Source: Vicinamibacteria bacterium
Lineage (GTDB): Bacteria > Acidobacteriota > Vicinamibacteria > Vicinamibacterales > JAENWD01
Reading direction: 5' to 3'
NCBI GenBank assembly: GCA_963697705.1
Contig: CAVOPA010000009.1
Span: 240,821 to 304,820, forward strand
Length of the DNA stretch: 64,000 nt
The notes under the pieces were generated by a model. The model was not told the origin of the DNA, ran no database searches, and saw only the letters and a program-made list of their open reading frames with translations. Positions 33,239 to 41,745 of the stretch are shown piece by piece (position 1 is the stretch's first letter; each line of letters opens with the position of its first letter). Both the position numbers and the translations under genes were made by a program.

Positions 33239-34363
33239 GTGACAACACAAGTGAGCACCGGATTAGAACGCCACAAAAGATATTCTCAGGTCATGCCCGA
33301 AGTGGCGACGACCGCGACGCCGGTCGGCATCGGTGTGAAGACAACCCGGCGCGTTGCCGTCGCGCTGGCGATGTCCATCGGTGTTGGCCTCCTGATGCTG
33401 CACGGCTGGAGAAGTGCACCATCCGCCCTCTTTCTTCGCACCATCATCCTCGGCCTGTCGGCGACGACTGCCTTTGCCCTTTTCGAGGTATGGCCGCGTC
33501 GTCTGCCGCTGTGGCTTCAGCGATGGGCGCTGCAGGTCGTTGCGGTCGGTGTGTTCATGCCGGTGACGACGGTGCTGATCTACGTTCTGTCCACCCCGCA
33601 GGGAGCGCCGCCCTTCTGGGAGAATCCCAGCCGCATGGACGGGTGGACCCATCTGACGTTCAGCGGCCTCCTTCTCGCGCCGTGGACGGCGCTTGCCGCC
33701 ATCGTCCGGCAGAAGGAAGCGTTTGCACGCGAACAGAGCCTGACCTTCGCGCTCGAGCGCAGTGAGCTCGAGCGGCAGGCGCTCGATGCGCGCCTGCACC
33801 TGCTGCAGGCGCAGGTCGCCCCGCATTTTCTGTTCAATACGCTCGCGAACGTACAGGCGCTCGTCGATACGGGCTCGCCGCATGCGTCGGCTGTGCTGCG
33901 GAGCCTGACCGCGTACCTGCGCGCGGCGGTGCCGCGGCTCCACGACTCCGACGCAACGATCGAGCGCGAGCTGCAGCTCGTTCGGCCCTATCTCGAGCTG
34001 ATGCAGATGCGCATGCCCGATCGCCTCCAGTACGCGATGAGCGTCGATCCGTCGGCGCTGAAGGTTCGCTGTCCTCCGACCACCGTGTTGACGCTGGTCG
34101 AAAATGCCGTGCGACACGGGATCGACCCCAGCGAAGAAGGAGGCCGGATCGATATCGACATCGAGCGCCTTGGCGACCGGTGTGTGGTCCGCGTCACCGA
34201 CACTGGCGCCGGCCTTCGACCTTCCGCGAGCAGTCTCGGCACCGGGCTCACGACTCTGCGCGAGCGGCTGCAGCTGATCTTCGGCGAGGCAGCGCAACTG
34301 CGCCTGAAGTCCGGCGCTCTCCGCGGCGTCGCCGTCGAAGTCGATATACCCGCACGAACATGA
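33239..34363 (+). CDS. LytS/YehU-type sensor histidine kinase
   Basis: Four or five N-terminal TM helices, the His_kinase block VAPHFLFNTLANV, and an ATPase domain. Start is uncertain (GTG 33239 or ATG 33293). Confidence 0.85.
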   Translation: MTTQVSTGLERHKRYSQVMPEVATTATPVGIGVKTTRRVAVALAMSIGVGLLMLHGWRSAPSALFLRTIILGLSATTAFALFEVWPRRLPLWLQRWALQVVAVGVFMPVTTVLIYVLSTPQGAPPFWENPSRMDGWTHLTFSGLLLAPWTALAAIVRQKEAFAREQSLTFALERSELERQALDARLHLLQAQVAPHFLFNTLANVQALVDTGSPHASAVLRSLTAYLRAAVPRLHDSDATIERELQLVRPYLELMQMRMPDRLQYAMSVDPSALKVRCPPTTVLTLVENAVRHGIDPSEEGGRIDIDIERLGDRCVVRVTDTGAGLRPSASSLGTGLTTLRERLQLIFGEAAQLRLKSGALRGVAVEVDIPART

Positions 34364-35151
34364 ACGCACCCCCGACCGCCTTGATTGCCGACGATGAACC
34401 GCTGCTGCGCGATGCGCTGCGGCGTCTGCTGGCGATCGTGTGGCCCGAGCTCGAGATTGTCGCCGAGGCGCGGAACGGACGGGAGGCGGTGCGGTTGTTC
34501 GACGAGCGTCATCCCGACATCTGCTTCCTCGACGTCCACATGCCAGGACTCTCCGGCGTCGATGCCGCGCACCACATCGGCCGGCGCGCGCATCTGGTGT
34601 TCGTCACGGCGTACGATCACTACGCCGTGCAGGCGTTTGCGCAGGGCGCACTCGATTACCTGCTGAAGCCGGTCGAAGAGGCGCGGCTCGCGGAAACCGT
34701 GAGCCGTCTCAGGGAACGAGTGCAGTCGTCGCGGCCGGCGATCAACACCGAGCAGCTATTGCGGCAACTGAGCGAGCAGCTCGCGAAGCTGCAGAGCGGC
34801 GGCAGCAGGAAGGAGGCGCTCCGATGGATTCGCGCGCAGTCTGGCAAGACCGTGCGCCTCATCGCCGTCGACGATGTCGATTACCTGCGCTCCGACGCGA
34901 AGTACACCATCGTCGCCTGGCGCGATGGTGGGAAGCCGGCCGAGGCGGTGGTGCGGACGCCCCTGAAGGAGCTGCTCGAGCAGCTCGACGGCGAGCAGTT
35001 CGCGCAAGTCCATCGGTCGGTGGTCGTCAATCTGCGCGCGATCAGCCATGTCAAGCGGCACGACAACGAAACGGCGGAGATTCACGTGAAGGGTCGAGAC
35101 GACGTTCTGCCGGTGAGCCGTAACTACCTGCATCTGTTCCGTCAGATGTAG
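34360..35151 (+). CDS. LytTR-family response regulator
   Basis: The ATG overlaps the kinase stop (ATGA). Receiver domain (ALIADDEP...FLDVHMPGLSG) plus a C-terminal LytTR DNA-binding domain. Confidence 0.9.
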   Translation: MNAPPTALIADDEPLLRDALRRLLAIVWPELEIVAEARNGREAVRLFDERHPDICFLDVHMPGLSGVDAAHHIGRRAHLVFVTAYDHYAVQAFAQGALDYLLKPVEEARLAETVSRLRERVQSSRPAINTEQLLRQLSEQLAKLQSGGSRKEALRWIRAQSGKTVRLIAVDDVDYLRSDAKYTIVAWRDGGKPAEAVVRTPLKELLEQLDGEQFAQVHRSVVVNLRAISHVKRHDNETAEIHVKGRDDVLPVSRNYLHLFRQM

Positions 35152-35249
35152 CCGCCGTTCGGCCCGGTGTAACTGTCTTTCGGCGGGGCGAATCCGCTCT
35201 TCGTCGCAAGCTCGTTGTTCGAGCGCACGCGTGCCGGCACGATGTAGCG

Positions 35250-35630
35250 ATGAAGCAAACCGCAACCTTGGTGGTCGCGTCTCTGCTCTCGATCCTCCTG
35301 CTGACGCTTCACGTTACCGACGACATCGTCCGTGGGATATCGAAGGCCGAGCCCTCGAACACTGCGCTGCTCGTCCTCGTGGTCTTTCTCTACGGCACGC
35401 TCGTGCTCGCCGAACGTCGAGCGGGGCACGTCATCATGCTGCTCGTAGGGTTGTTCGCAGCAGGGATGCCCATCATCCACATGAGGGGCGCCCATTACGC
35501 CGAGATCGCCAGGTCCACCGGCGGCTTCTTCTTCGTCTGGACTCTCTGGGCGCTCGGCGGGGTGGGGGGCCTCACCCTCATGCTGTCGGCGCGCGGACTG
35601 TGGAGTCTGCGACGCGGCCAGCCGAGGTAG
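35250..35630 (+). CDS. Hypothetical four-TM membrane protein
   Basis: 126 aa and hydrophobic throughout. Lies downstream of the LytTR pair. Confidence 0.55.
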   Translation: MKQTATLVVASLLSILLLTLHVTDDIVRGISKAEPSNTALLVLVVFLYGTLVLAERRAGHVIMLLVGLFAAGMPIIHMRGAHYAEIARSTGGFFFVWTLWALGGVGGLTLMLSARGLWSLRRGQPR

Positions 35631-35633
35631 CCC

Positions 35634-36368
35634 ATGCTCTTACCAATCCACATTGCCGCCGGCGGGCTCGCGATTGTGCTCGGCGCCGTCGCTCTCTCGG
35701 TGAAGAAGGGCGGGACTATCCACCGCCGCAGCGGGCTGCTGTTCGTCTACGCGATGCTGGTCATGGGCACCAGCGCCTCGATTCTGGGACTTCGTAGCGG
35801 TCTCATCGACGGGAACGTGATGGGCGGCCTCATGACGGCCTACTTTGTCGGCACGGCGTTGACGACCGTCAGGCCGGCGTCACCATGGACTCGGCGCATC
35901 AACGTCGTGGCGGTGACATTCGCGCTTGGACTCGCGCTCGTCGCGATCGTGGGCGGCGTCAAGGCCATCAACAGCACGCGCGTTTCCCCGGGCGGCGTCC
36001 CGTTTCGCACGATCGGTGTGATGTCCTTCATCCTGGCCACAGTCCTGCTGCTGGCGGCGGCGGGCGACGTACGCATCATGCGATTCGGTATGCCTCGCGG
36101 CGGGCCGCGCCTGGCGCGCCATCTGTGGCGCATGTGCTTCGCGCTCTTCATCGCGGCCGGTTCGTTCTTCTCGATCCGTGGACGCGTGGCGAGAGTCCTG
36201 CCCGAGCCGTTCACGACCGGGCCGATGCGCGCGCTGCCGATTCTGCTGCTGTTTGGCGCGATGTTCTATTGGTTGGCGAGAGTCCGCGGCCGTCGCCCGT
36301 TGCCCGTGCTCGTCCGACACGATTCGGTCACGCTACCAGCCCCACGGCCGACTACCCAGCACGGATGA
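35634..36368 (+). CDS. Hypothetical six-TM membrane protein
   Basis: 244 aa. Begins 4 nt after the previous stop. Family not recognised with confidence. Confidence 0.6.
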   Translation: MLLPIHIAAGGLAIVLGAVALSVKKGGTIHRRSGLLFVYAMLVMGTSASILGLRSGLIDGNVMGGLMTAYFVGTALTTVRPASPWTRRINVVAVTFALGLALVAIVGGVKAINSTRVSPGGVPFRTIGVMSFILATVLLLAAAGDVRIMRFGMPRGGPRLARHLWRMCFALFIAAGSFFSIRGRVARVLPEPFTTGPMRALPILLLFGAMFYWLARVRGRRPLPVLVRHDSVTLPAPRPTTQHG

Positions 36369-37037
36369 ACCAGGGTCGGAAATCCGAACACGCAGCCAGC
36401 GCATCCATTCGCGGCCTCGAGGCCCTCAGCATCAGCCAGCACAGCGGCGGCTGCGGCCAGAAACCAGCAGACGCTTCGGTCTTACTCATGGATCGAGAAG
36501 ACCGAACTCCTGCTCAAAGGCGAGGTCAAGGCCACCAAGGTCGACTCGTGCCGGTACGGACCGGACGGCACGGTGCAGAAGACCGCCGTAGTCACGCCAC
36601 CGCCGCCGCAGAAGAAACGGGGCCTGAAAGGCAAGATTGTCGCCAAAAAAACGGGCGAGATGAAGGAAGAACTGGAAAGTGCTGTCGCGCTCGTCCAGCA
36701 GTACCTGCCGCCCGAGCCTGACAAGATGCAGGTGGTGATGAATGCCGGCACGGCATCGCTGTCACAGGCGGGCCCTGGATTCGCCGCGTTGAAGTTTCCA
36801 GGCTATGCCAAGGCCGGCGACGCACTCACGCTGACGTTCGAGTCGGCAGTCAAGACGCTGCGGCAGGTCGAAGTCAACACATGGCTGGACAAGCCGGACA
36901 ATCCCGTGGCGCTCAAAGTGACGATGCACGCCCTCCCGGACGGGACGAGTTATCCCGGCAACGTAGTGCTGAGCATCCCGTCCAGCAAAATCGAAGTCCG
37001 GATTGCGAAGTCCAATTATCAGAGGCTCGCGCCGTAG
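36365..37037 (+). pseudogene. Hypothetical protein with an apparent +1 frameshift near an AAA run (about 36464-36466)
   Basis: The ATG at 36365 overlaps the upstream stop (ATGA). Third-position GC is about 84% in that frame up to about 36460, then about 85% in the frame of track ORF 36573-37037. That later frame is open back to 36369 but has no start codon. Confidence 0.5.
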
Positions 37038-37176
37038 GAGCTTAGCGAAGCGTGCCGAGTAGAATGGCGGCGACATCTTGCGTTGGCGACGAATACGGGA
37101 CGATCGACTGAGGCGCCTAGCGGTGCGTCTTCCAATACACGCGCATTTTCAAAGCGCCGATTTCAGCGAGGCCTTC

Positions 37177-39159
37177 ATGCGTCTGATCAATGTGGCCGCT
37201 CTCTTGATCGTAACGATGGCTTGCGGCGGGTCTCCGGCGCCTCAGCCGCAGCGTTCAGCATCACCGGCGAGCCAGCCCGAGGTGCTCGGTCCACCGGCGA
37301 CACTGCCGGGCACGACGCTCGCTGATTCCGGCCAGATCGAGCCGGCCGATCCGAGCAAGTTCAACAAGACGCCGGGCTATTCCCCGTATGCCGGTCGCAA
37401 GTATCCCGAGCGCGTCTATTTCGGGGACGAACACGTCCACACGGCCTGGTCGGTTGACGCGGGCGGCACCGGTACGACGCTCGGACCCGAGGAGGCGGTG
37501 CGGTTCGCGCGCGGGGAAGAAGTCGTGTCGACCAGCGGTCAACCCGTGAAGCTCGGCAAGCCGCTCGATTGGATCGCCGTCACCGACCACTCCGACGGCA
37601 TGGGCGTCATCACCGAGATCAAGTCGGGTAATGCCGAGATGATGGAAGACGCCACCATCAAGCGGTGGCATGACCTGTTCGCGAAGGGCGGCCAGGAGGC
37701 CAAGTCGGCCGTGATGGAACTGGTCGCGGCCCAGTCCAGCAAGAAGTTGCCGCCGCTGATCATGGACCCGAAGTTCGCCAAGGCGGTCTGGGACAAGAAC
37801 ATCGCGATCCAGGAGAAGTACAACGAGCCCGGCCGATTCACCGCGTTTATCGCCTACGAGTGGACGTCCAACGCCGGCGGCGGCGACAACCTGCATCGCA
37901 ACGTGATTTACCGGGACGGCAAGTCGAAGGCCGAGCAGGTGCTGCCGATGACGACGTTCCAGAGCGAAAACCCAGAGGACCTGTGGAAATGGATGGCGGC
38001 CTGGGAACAGAAGACCGGAGGCAAGCTGCTGGCGATTCCGCACAACGGCAACCTGTCCAATGGCCGCATGTTCCCGCTCACCACTTTCGCGGGCGACGCG
38101 ATGACCAGGCAATGGGCCGAGGACCGACAGCGATGGGAGCCGCTCTTCGAAGCGATTCAGATGAAGGGCCAGAGCGAGTCGCATCCGTCGCTCTCTACGA
38201 CCGACGAGTTCGCGGTGAACTACGAGCTCTGGGATCGCGGCAACCTGACACAGACGCCGAAGAAGCCGGGCATGATCCAGTACCAGTACCTGCGCGAAGC
38301 GTTGAAGAATGGCTTGAAGGTTGAACAGGACCTTGGAGCCAATCCGTTCAAATACGGGATGGCGGGTGGTACCGACACGCACAACGGGCTGGTCGCCGCC
38401 GAGGAGGACAACTTCTTTGCCAAATTTCCGTCGGCTGAACCGAACGCGGACCGCTGGAACGAAAACGCCATGAACTTCGACGGACGGATCGTCAAAGGCT
38501 GGGAGATGACCGCCGCCGGTTACACGGGTGTCTGGGCGACAGGCAATACCCGCGAGGAGCTGTGGGACGCGATGAAACGTCGCGAAACCTACGCGACCAG
38601 CGGTCCGCACATGATCGTCCGCTTCTTCGGTGGCTTCGATTTCACGAAGGCCGACATCTCCCGCACGCCGGCCGCGGTGGGCTACGCCAAAGGCGTGGCG
38701 ATGGGCGGCGATTTGAAGTCAGCTCCTGCCGGCAAAGCGCCGACCTTCCTGGTGGCCGCGCTGAAGGACGCGACCAGCGGCAATCTGGATCGCGTTCAGA
38801 TCATCAAGGGATGGCTCGACAAGTCCGGCAAGCCTCAGGAGAAGATCTACGACGTCGTCTGGGGTGACGCCGATCGTCGCCGGATCGTGAACGGCAAACT
38901 CACACCGGTGGGTAACACGGTTGATGTGGCGACCGCGTCGTGGACGAATACCATTGGCGACCCCGAACTGATCACCGTGTGGAAGGATCCGGATTTCGAT
39001 CCGTCGGCACGCGCGTTCTACTACGCGCGCGTGCTCGAGATTCCCACGCCGCGATGGACGGCTTACGACGCCGCGTACTTCAAGGTCAAGATGGATCCAA
39101 AAGTTCCGATGACGACGCAGGAGCGCGCGTTCACGTCGCCCATCTGGTACACGCCGTGA
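37177..39159 (+). CDS. DUF3604 domain protein (putative periplasmic metal-dependent hydrolase), probable lipoprotein
   Basis: ATG at 37177. Signal with LIVTMAC. Hallmark block YFGDEHVHTAWSVDAG, plus DHSDGMG and AIPHNGNLSNG. Confidence 0.85.
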   Translation: MRLINVAALLIVTMACGGSPAPQPQRSASPASQPEVLGPPATLPGTTLADSGQIEPADPSKFNKTPGYSPYAGRKYPERVYFGDEHVHTAWSVDAGGTGTTLGPEEAVRFARGEEVVSTSGQPVKLGKPLDWIAVTDHSDGMGVITEIKSGNAEMMEDATIKRWHDLFAKGGQEAKSAVMELVAAQSSKKLPPLIMDPKFAKAVWDKNIAIQEKYNEPGRFTAFIAYEWTSNAGGGDNLHRNVIYRDGKSKAEQVLPMTTFQSENPEDLWKWMAAWEQKTGGKLLAIPHNGNLSNGRMFPLTTFAGDAMTRQWAEDRQRWEPLFEAIQMKGQSESHPSLSTTDEFAVNYELWDRGNLTQTPKKPGMIQYQYLREALKNGLKVEQDLGANPFKYGMAGGTDTHNGLVAAEEDNFFAKFPSAEPNADRWNENAMNFDGRIVKGWEMTAAGYTGVWATGNTREELWDAMKRRETYATSGPHMIVRFFGGFDFTKADISRTPAAVGYAKGVAMGGDLKSAPAGKAPTFLVAALKDATSGNLDRVQIIKGWLDKSGKPQEKIYDVVWGDADRRRIVNGKLTPVGNTVDVATASWTNTIGDPELITVWKDPDFDPSARAFYYARVLEIPTPRWTAYDAAYFKVKMDPKVPMTTQERAFTSPIWYTP

Positions 39160-40010
39160 TCCGCCGGTTGCTCCGGGAACCGCTCCTGCACTTTGCGTTG
39201 CTTGGAGCGGCGATCTTCGGCGGCTATCGCCTCGTCGCGCCGCCCGCGGCCGATGCGTCTGAGATCGTGATTACGGCCGATCGAATCGCCTCGATCACCG
39301 CACAGTTCAGCGCGAGCCACGGCGGACGACCGCCTCACGAGAGCGAGCTGCGTGCGGCAGTCGACGCCTACGTGCGCGACGAGATGCTCTATCGGGAAGG
39401 CCTCGCCCTGGGTCTCGATCGGGACGATCCGGTCGTCCGTAACCGGATTCGCCAGAAGGCTGAGCTCCTCAGCGACGATGCCCTGACGCGCGAGCCGAGC
39501 GACCGCGATCTGGAAGCGTATCTCGCGGCGCACCAGGCGGAGTTCGACCTGCCGGGCCCGGTTCTCGTTTCAGCAGATCTACATCGATCCCGGCCGGCAC
39601 CGGGGCGATGACCTGACCCTGGTCGTCACTGGTGTCCGGAAGGCCCTGACACAGGGAAGGCAGCCCGGTACGCTCGGCGATCGCACGCTGCTGCCGGCGA
39701 CAATGACCGAGGTGTTGCCGCAGGACGTCGAGGCAGCGTTCGGCAACGACTTCGCCAGGCAACTGGCAGCAATCGACGGCGATGGCTGGCAGGGTCCGTT
39801 GACGACGAGTTACGGACTCCACCTCGTGCGCGTCACCCATCGCGCGAATCGACCCGCGCCACCTTGGCCGACGCGCGCGACGTGGTCACGCGTGAGTGGT
39901 CGCGTGCGCAGACCGCGAAACTGAAAGAAGAGTTCTACCGGATGCTGGCGCGGCGCTACACGGTCCGCGTCGCAGCCGACGCCAACGTCACACGGACGGC
40001 ACGGAAGTAG
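39156..40010 (+). pseudogene. PpiC/SurA-like peptidyl-prolyl isomerase family gene carrying two compensating 1-nt indels
   Basis: The GTG at 39156 overlaps the upstream stop. The frame is lost at the GGG run 39554-39556 (LPGP... instead of LPARFSFQQIYIDP). The middle 295 nt read in the +1 frame. The original frame is regained near 39850-39862 (TLADARDVVTREW...YTVRV). Total length is 855 nt. Confidence 0.7.
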
Positions 40011-40018
40011 GACGCACT

Positions 40019-41017
40019 GTGCTACGCCGATGGACGGTCGCGGTTGCGCTGATGCTGACGTGGGCGATCACGATTCGCGCCGATGTGTTCCGCCCGGCTT
40101 ACCTCGAGCTTCGTCAGACGAGCGCGGAGACGTACGACGTGATGTGGAGGGTGCCGGCGCAGGGCGATACGCTGCGTCTGGCCATCCACGTCGTCTTTCC
40201 GGCAGGCACCGTCAATCTCTCCGAGCCGCGCGGAAGTTTCACGGGCGACGGCTTCGTCGAACGATGGACCATTCGACGTCAGGGCGGCCTCGCCAATGTC
40301 AAAGTACGGATCGATGGGCTGCCAGGCACGATCACCGATGTGCTGGCACGCGTCGAACGTGAGGACGGCACAACGCAGGTGGCGCGGCTCCTGCCGGAAC
40401 AGCCTGCGTTTGTCGTCGAGCCGTCGGCGCACGCCGCGGGTGTCGCCTGGACCTACCTCGGACTCGGCGTTCACCACATCCTGGTCGGCATCGACCACTT
40501 GCTCTACATCCTGGCGATGCTCTTCCTGGTCAAGGGCTGGCGACGGATCGTGGCGACGATGACGGCGTTCACGATGACCCACAGTCTGACGCTGACCGCC
40601 GCGGCGCTCGGGTGGGTCCACGTCCCGCAGCCTCCCGTCGAGGCCTGCATCGCGTTGAGCATCGTCTTCGTGGCGCGCGAAATCGTCCAGACGCGTCGCG
40701 GTCAACCCGGACTCACTGCGCGGTGGCCCTGGGTGGTCTCGTTCAGCTTCGGTCTGATGCACGGCTTCGGCTTCGCCGGCGCGCTGGCGCAAGTAGGCCT
40801 GCCGGCGCGAGCGATTCCTGTCGCGCTGCTGTTTTTCAATGTGGGCGTGGAGATTGGTCAGTTGGTGTTTGTCACCGCCGTGCTCGGGCTGTTCTTCCTG
40901 GTGACGAAGATTCCGAAAGCGCGACCACGCTGGGCGGAAGCCGTGGCCGCATACGCGATTGGTACGGTTGCCATGTTCTGGGTAATCGAGCGCGTTGCCG
41001 CATTCGCAGCACCATAG
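40019..41017 (+). CDS. HupE/UreJ family metal (Ni/Co-type) transporter with an N-terminal periplasmic extension
   Basis: GTG at 40019. Signal/TM, an extracytoplasmic domain of about 150 aa, then HupE-like helices (GVHHILVGIDHLLYILAM, FGLMHGFGFAGAL, FNVGVEIGQL). Confidence 0.8.
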   Translation: MLRRWTVAVALMLTWAITIRADVFRPAYLELRQTSAETYDVMWRVPAQGDTLRLAIHVVFPAGTVNLSEPRGSFTGDGFVERWTIRRQGGLANVKVRIDGLPGTITDVLARVEREDGTTQVARLLPEQPAFVVEPSAHAAGVAWTYLGLGVHHILVGIDHLLYILAMLFLVKGWRRIVATMTAFTMTHSLTLTAAALGWVHVPQPPVEACIALSIVFVAREIVQTRRGQPGLTARWPWVVSFSFGLMHGFGFAGALAQVGLPARAIPVALLFFNVGVEIGQLVFVTAVLGLFFLVTKIPKARPRWAEAVAAYAIGTVAMFWVIERVAAFAAP

Positions 41018-41023
41018 CTTGCG

Positions 41024-41389
41024 ATGGCCAGACTGCTTCTCGTGACGGCTGTATTGGAAGGCGTGACGGGCTTGGCGCTCGTGGCGCTCCCGGCCCGGCT
41101 CACCACCCTTCTGTTGGGTTCATCGCTTGATGCACCTGCTGCGTTGACCCTTGCCCGTGTTGCCGGCATAGCGCTGGTCGCACTGGCACTCACCTGCTGG
41201 CTCACGCGTGAAGACTGCCAGAGCCGTGCCGCGAGAGGACTCGTGGCGGCGATGGCGCTCTACCACGCGGGCGTTGCCATCGTGCTCGCGTACGCGAATA
41301 TCGGACTCGCACTGTATGGCACGGGCCTTTGGCCCACCGTGCTCTTTCACACAGCCATGACGGCGTGGTGCCTGAAGACGCCGCGTTGA
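41024..41389 (+). CDS. Hypothetical four-TM membrane protein
   Basis: 121 aa and hydrophobic. Begins 7 nt after the HupE-like gene. Confidence 0.55.
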   Translation: MARLLLVTAVLEGVTGLALVALPARLTTLLLGSSLDAPAALTLARVAGIALVALALTCWLTREDCQSRAARGLVAAMALYHAGVAIVLAYANIGLALYGTGLWPTVLFHTAMTAWCLKTPR

Positions 41390-41745
41390 AGCACGACGTC
41401 TGAGTTCGTTTTTGTGTCTCGTTTGTCGGCTCCGGGAGCGCGGCGAGGGGCAGGCGCCCACACTTCGCCAGACGGTCTCATTCGGTCCCGCGCAGCCAGT
41501 ACGTCGTTACGGCCGTCTCCAGAATGTCTCCACGGCGCGGGGAGAATCGCGAGGATTTGGGTGGACGGCAGTGAACGAAACGGCGCGACGTAACCGCCTG
41601 TGACTCAAGCGCTTGAAACCAGAAGTCGCGCGCCATCACCACGTTGGAAACAGGCCTTGCTCCGAGTTCGAATCCCTGCCTCCCAGCCGGTCCAGCCTTG
41701 CGAAACGTGAGTCCCGGAAGACTCTAGAATCCCCGCTCACCTCGC

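Noticed and set aside
41650-41690. tRNA-like 3' end (GAGTTCGAATCCCTGCCTCCCAGCC), a possible tRNA gene or integration-site remnant.
   Set aside because: The bases flanking the TTCGAAT loop do not pair as a T-stem. No acceptor, D or anticodon arms could be built on either strand. No integrase is nearby. At best it is a degenerate fragment.
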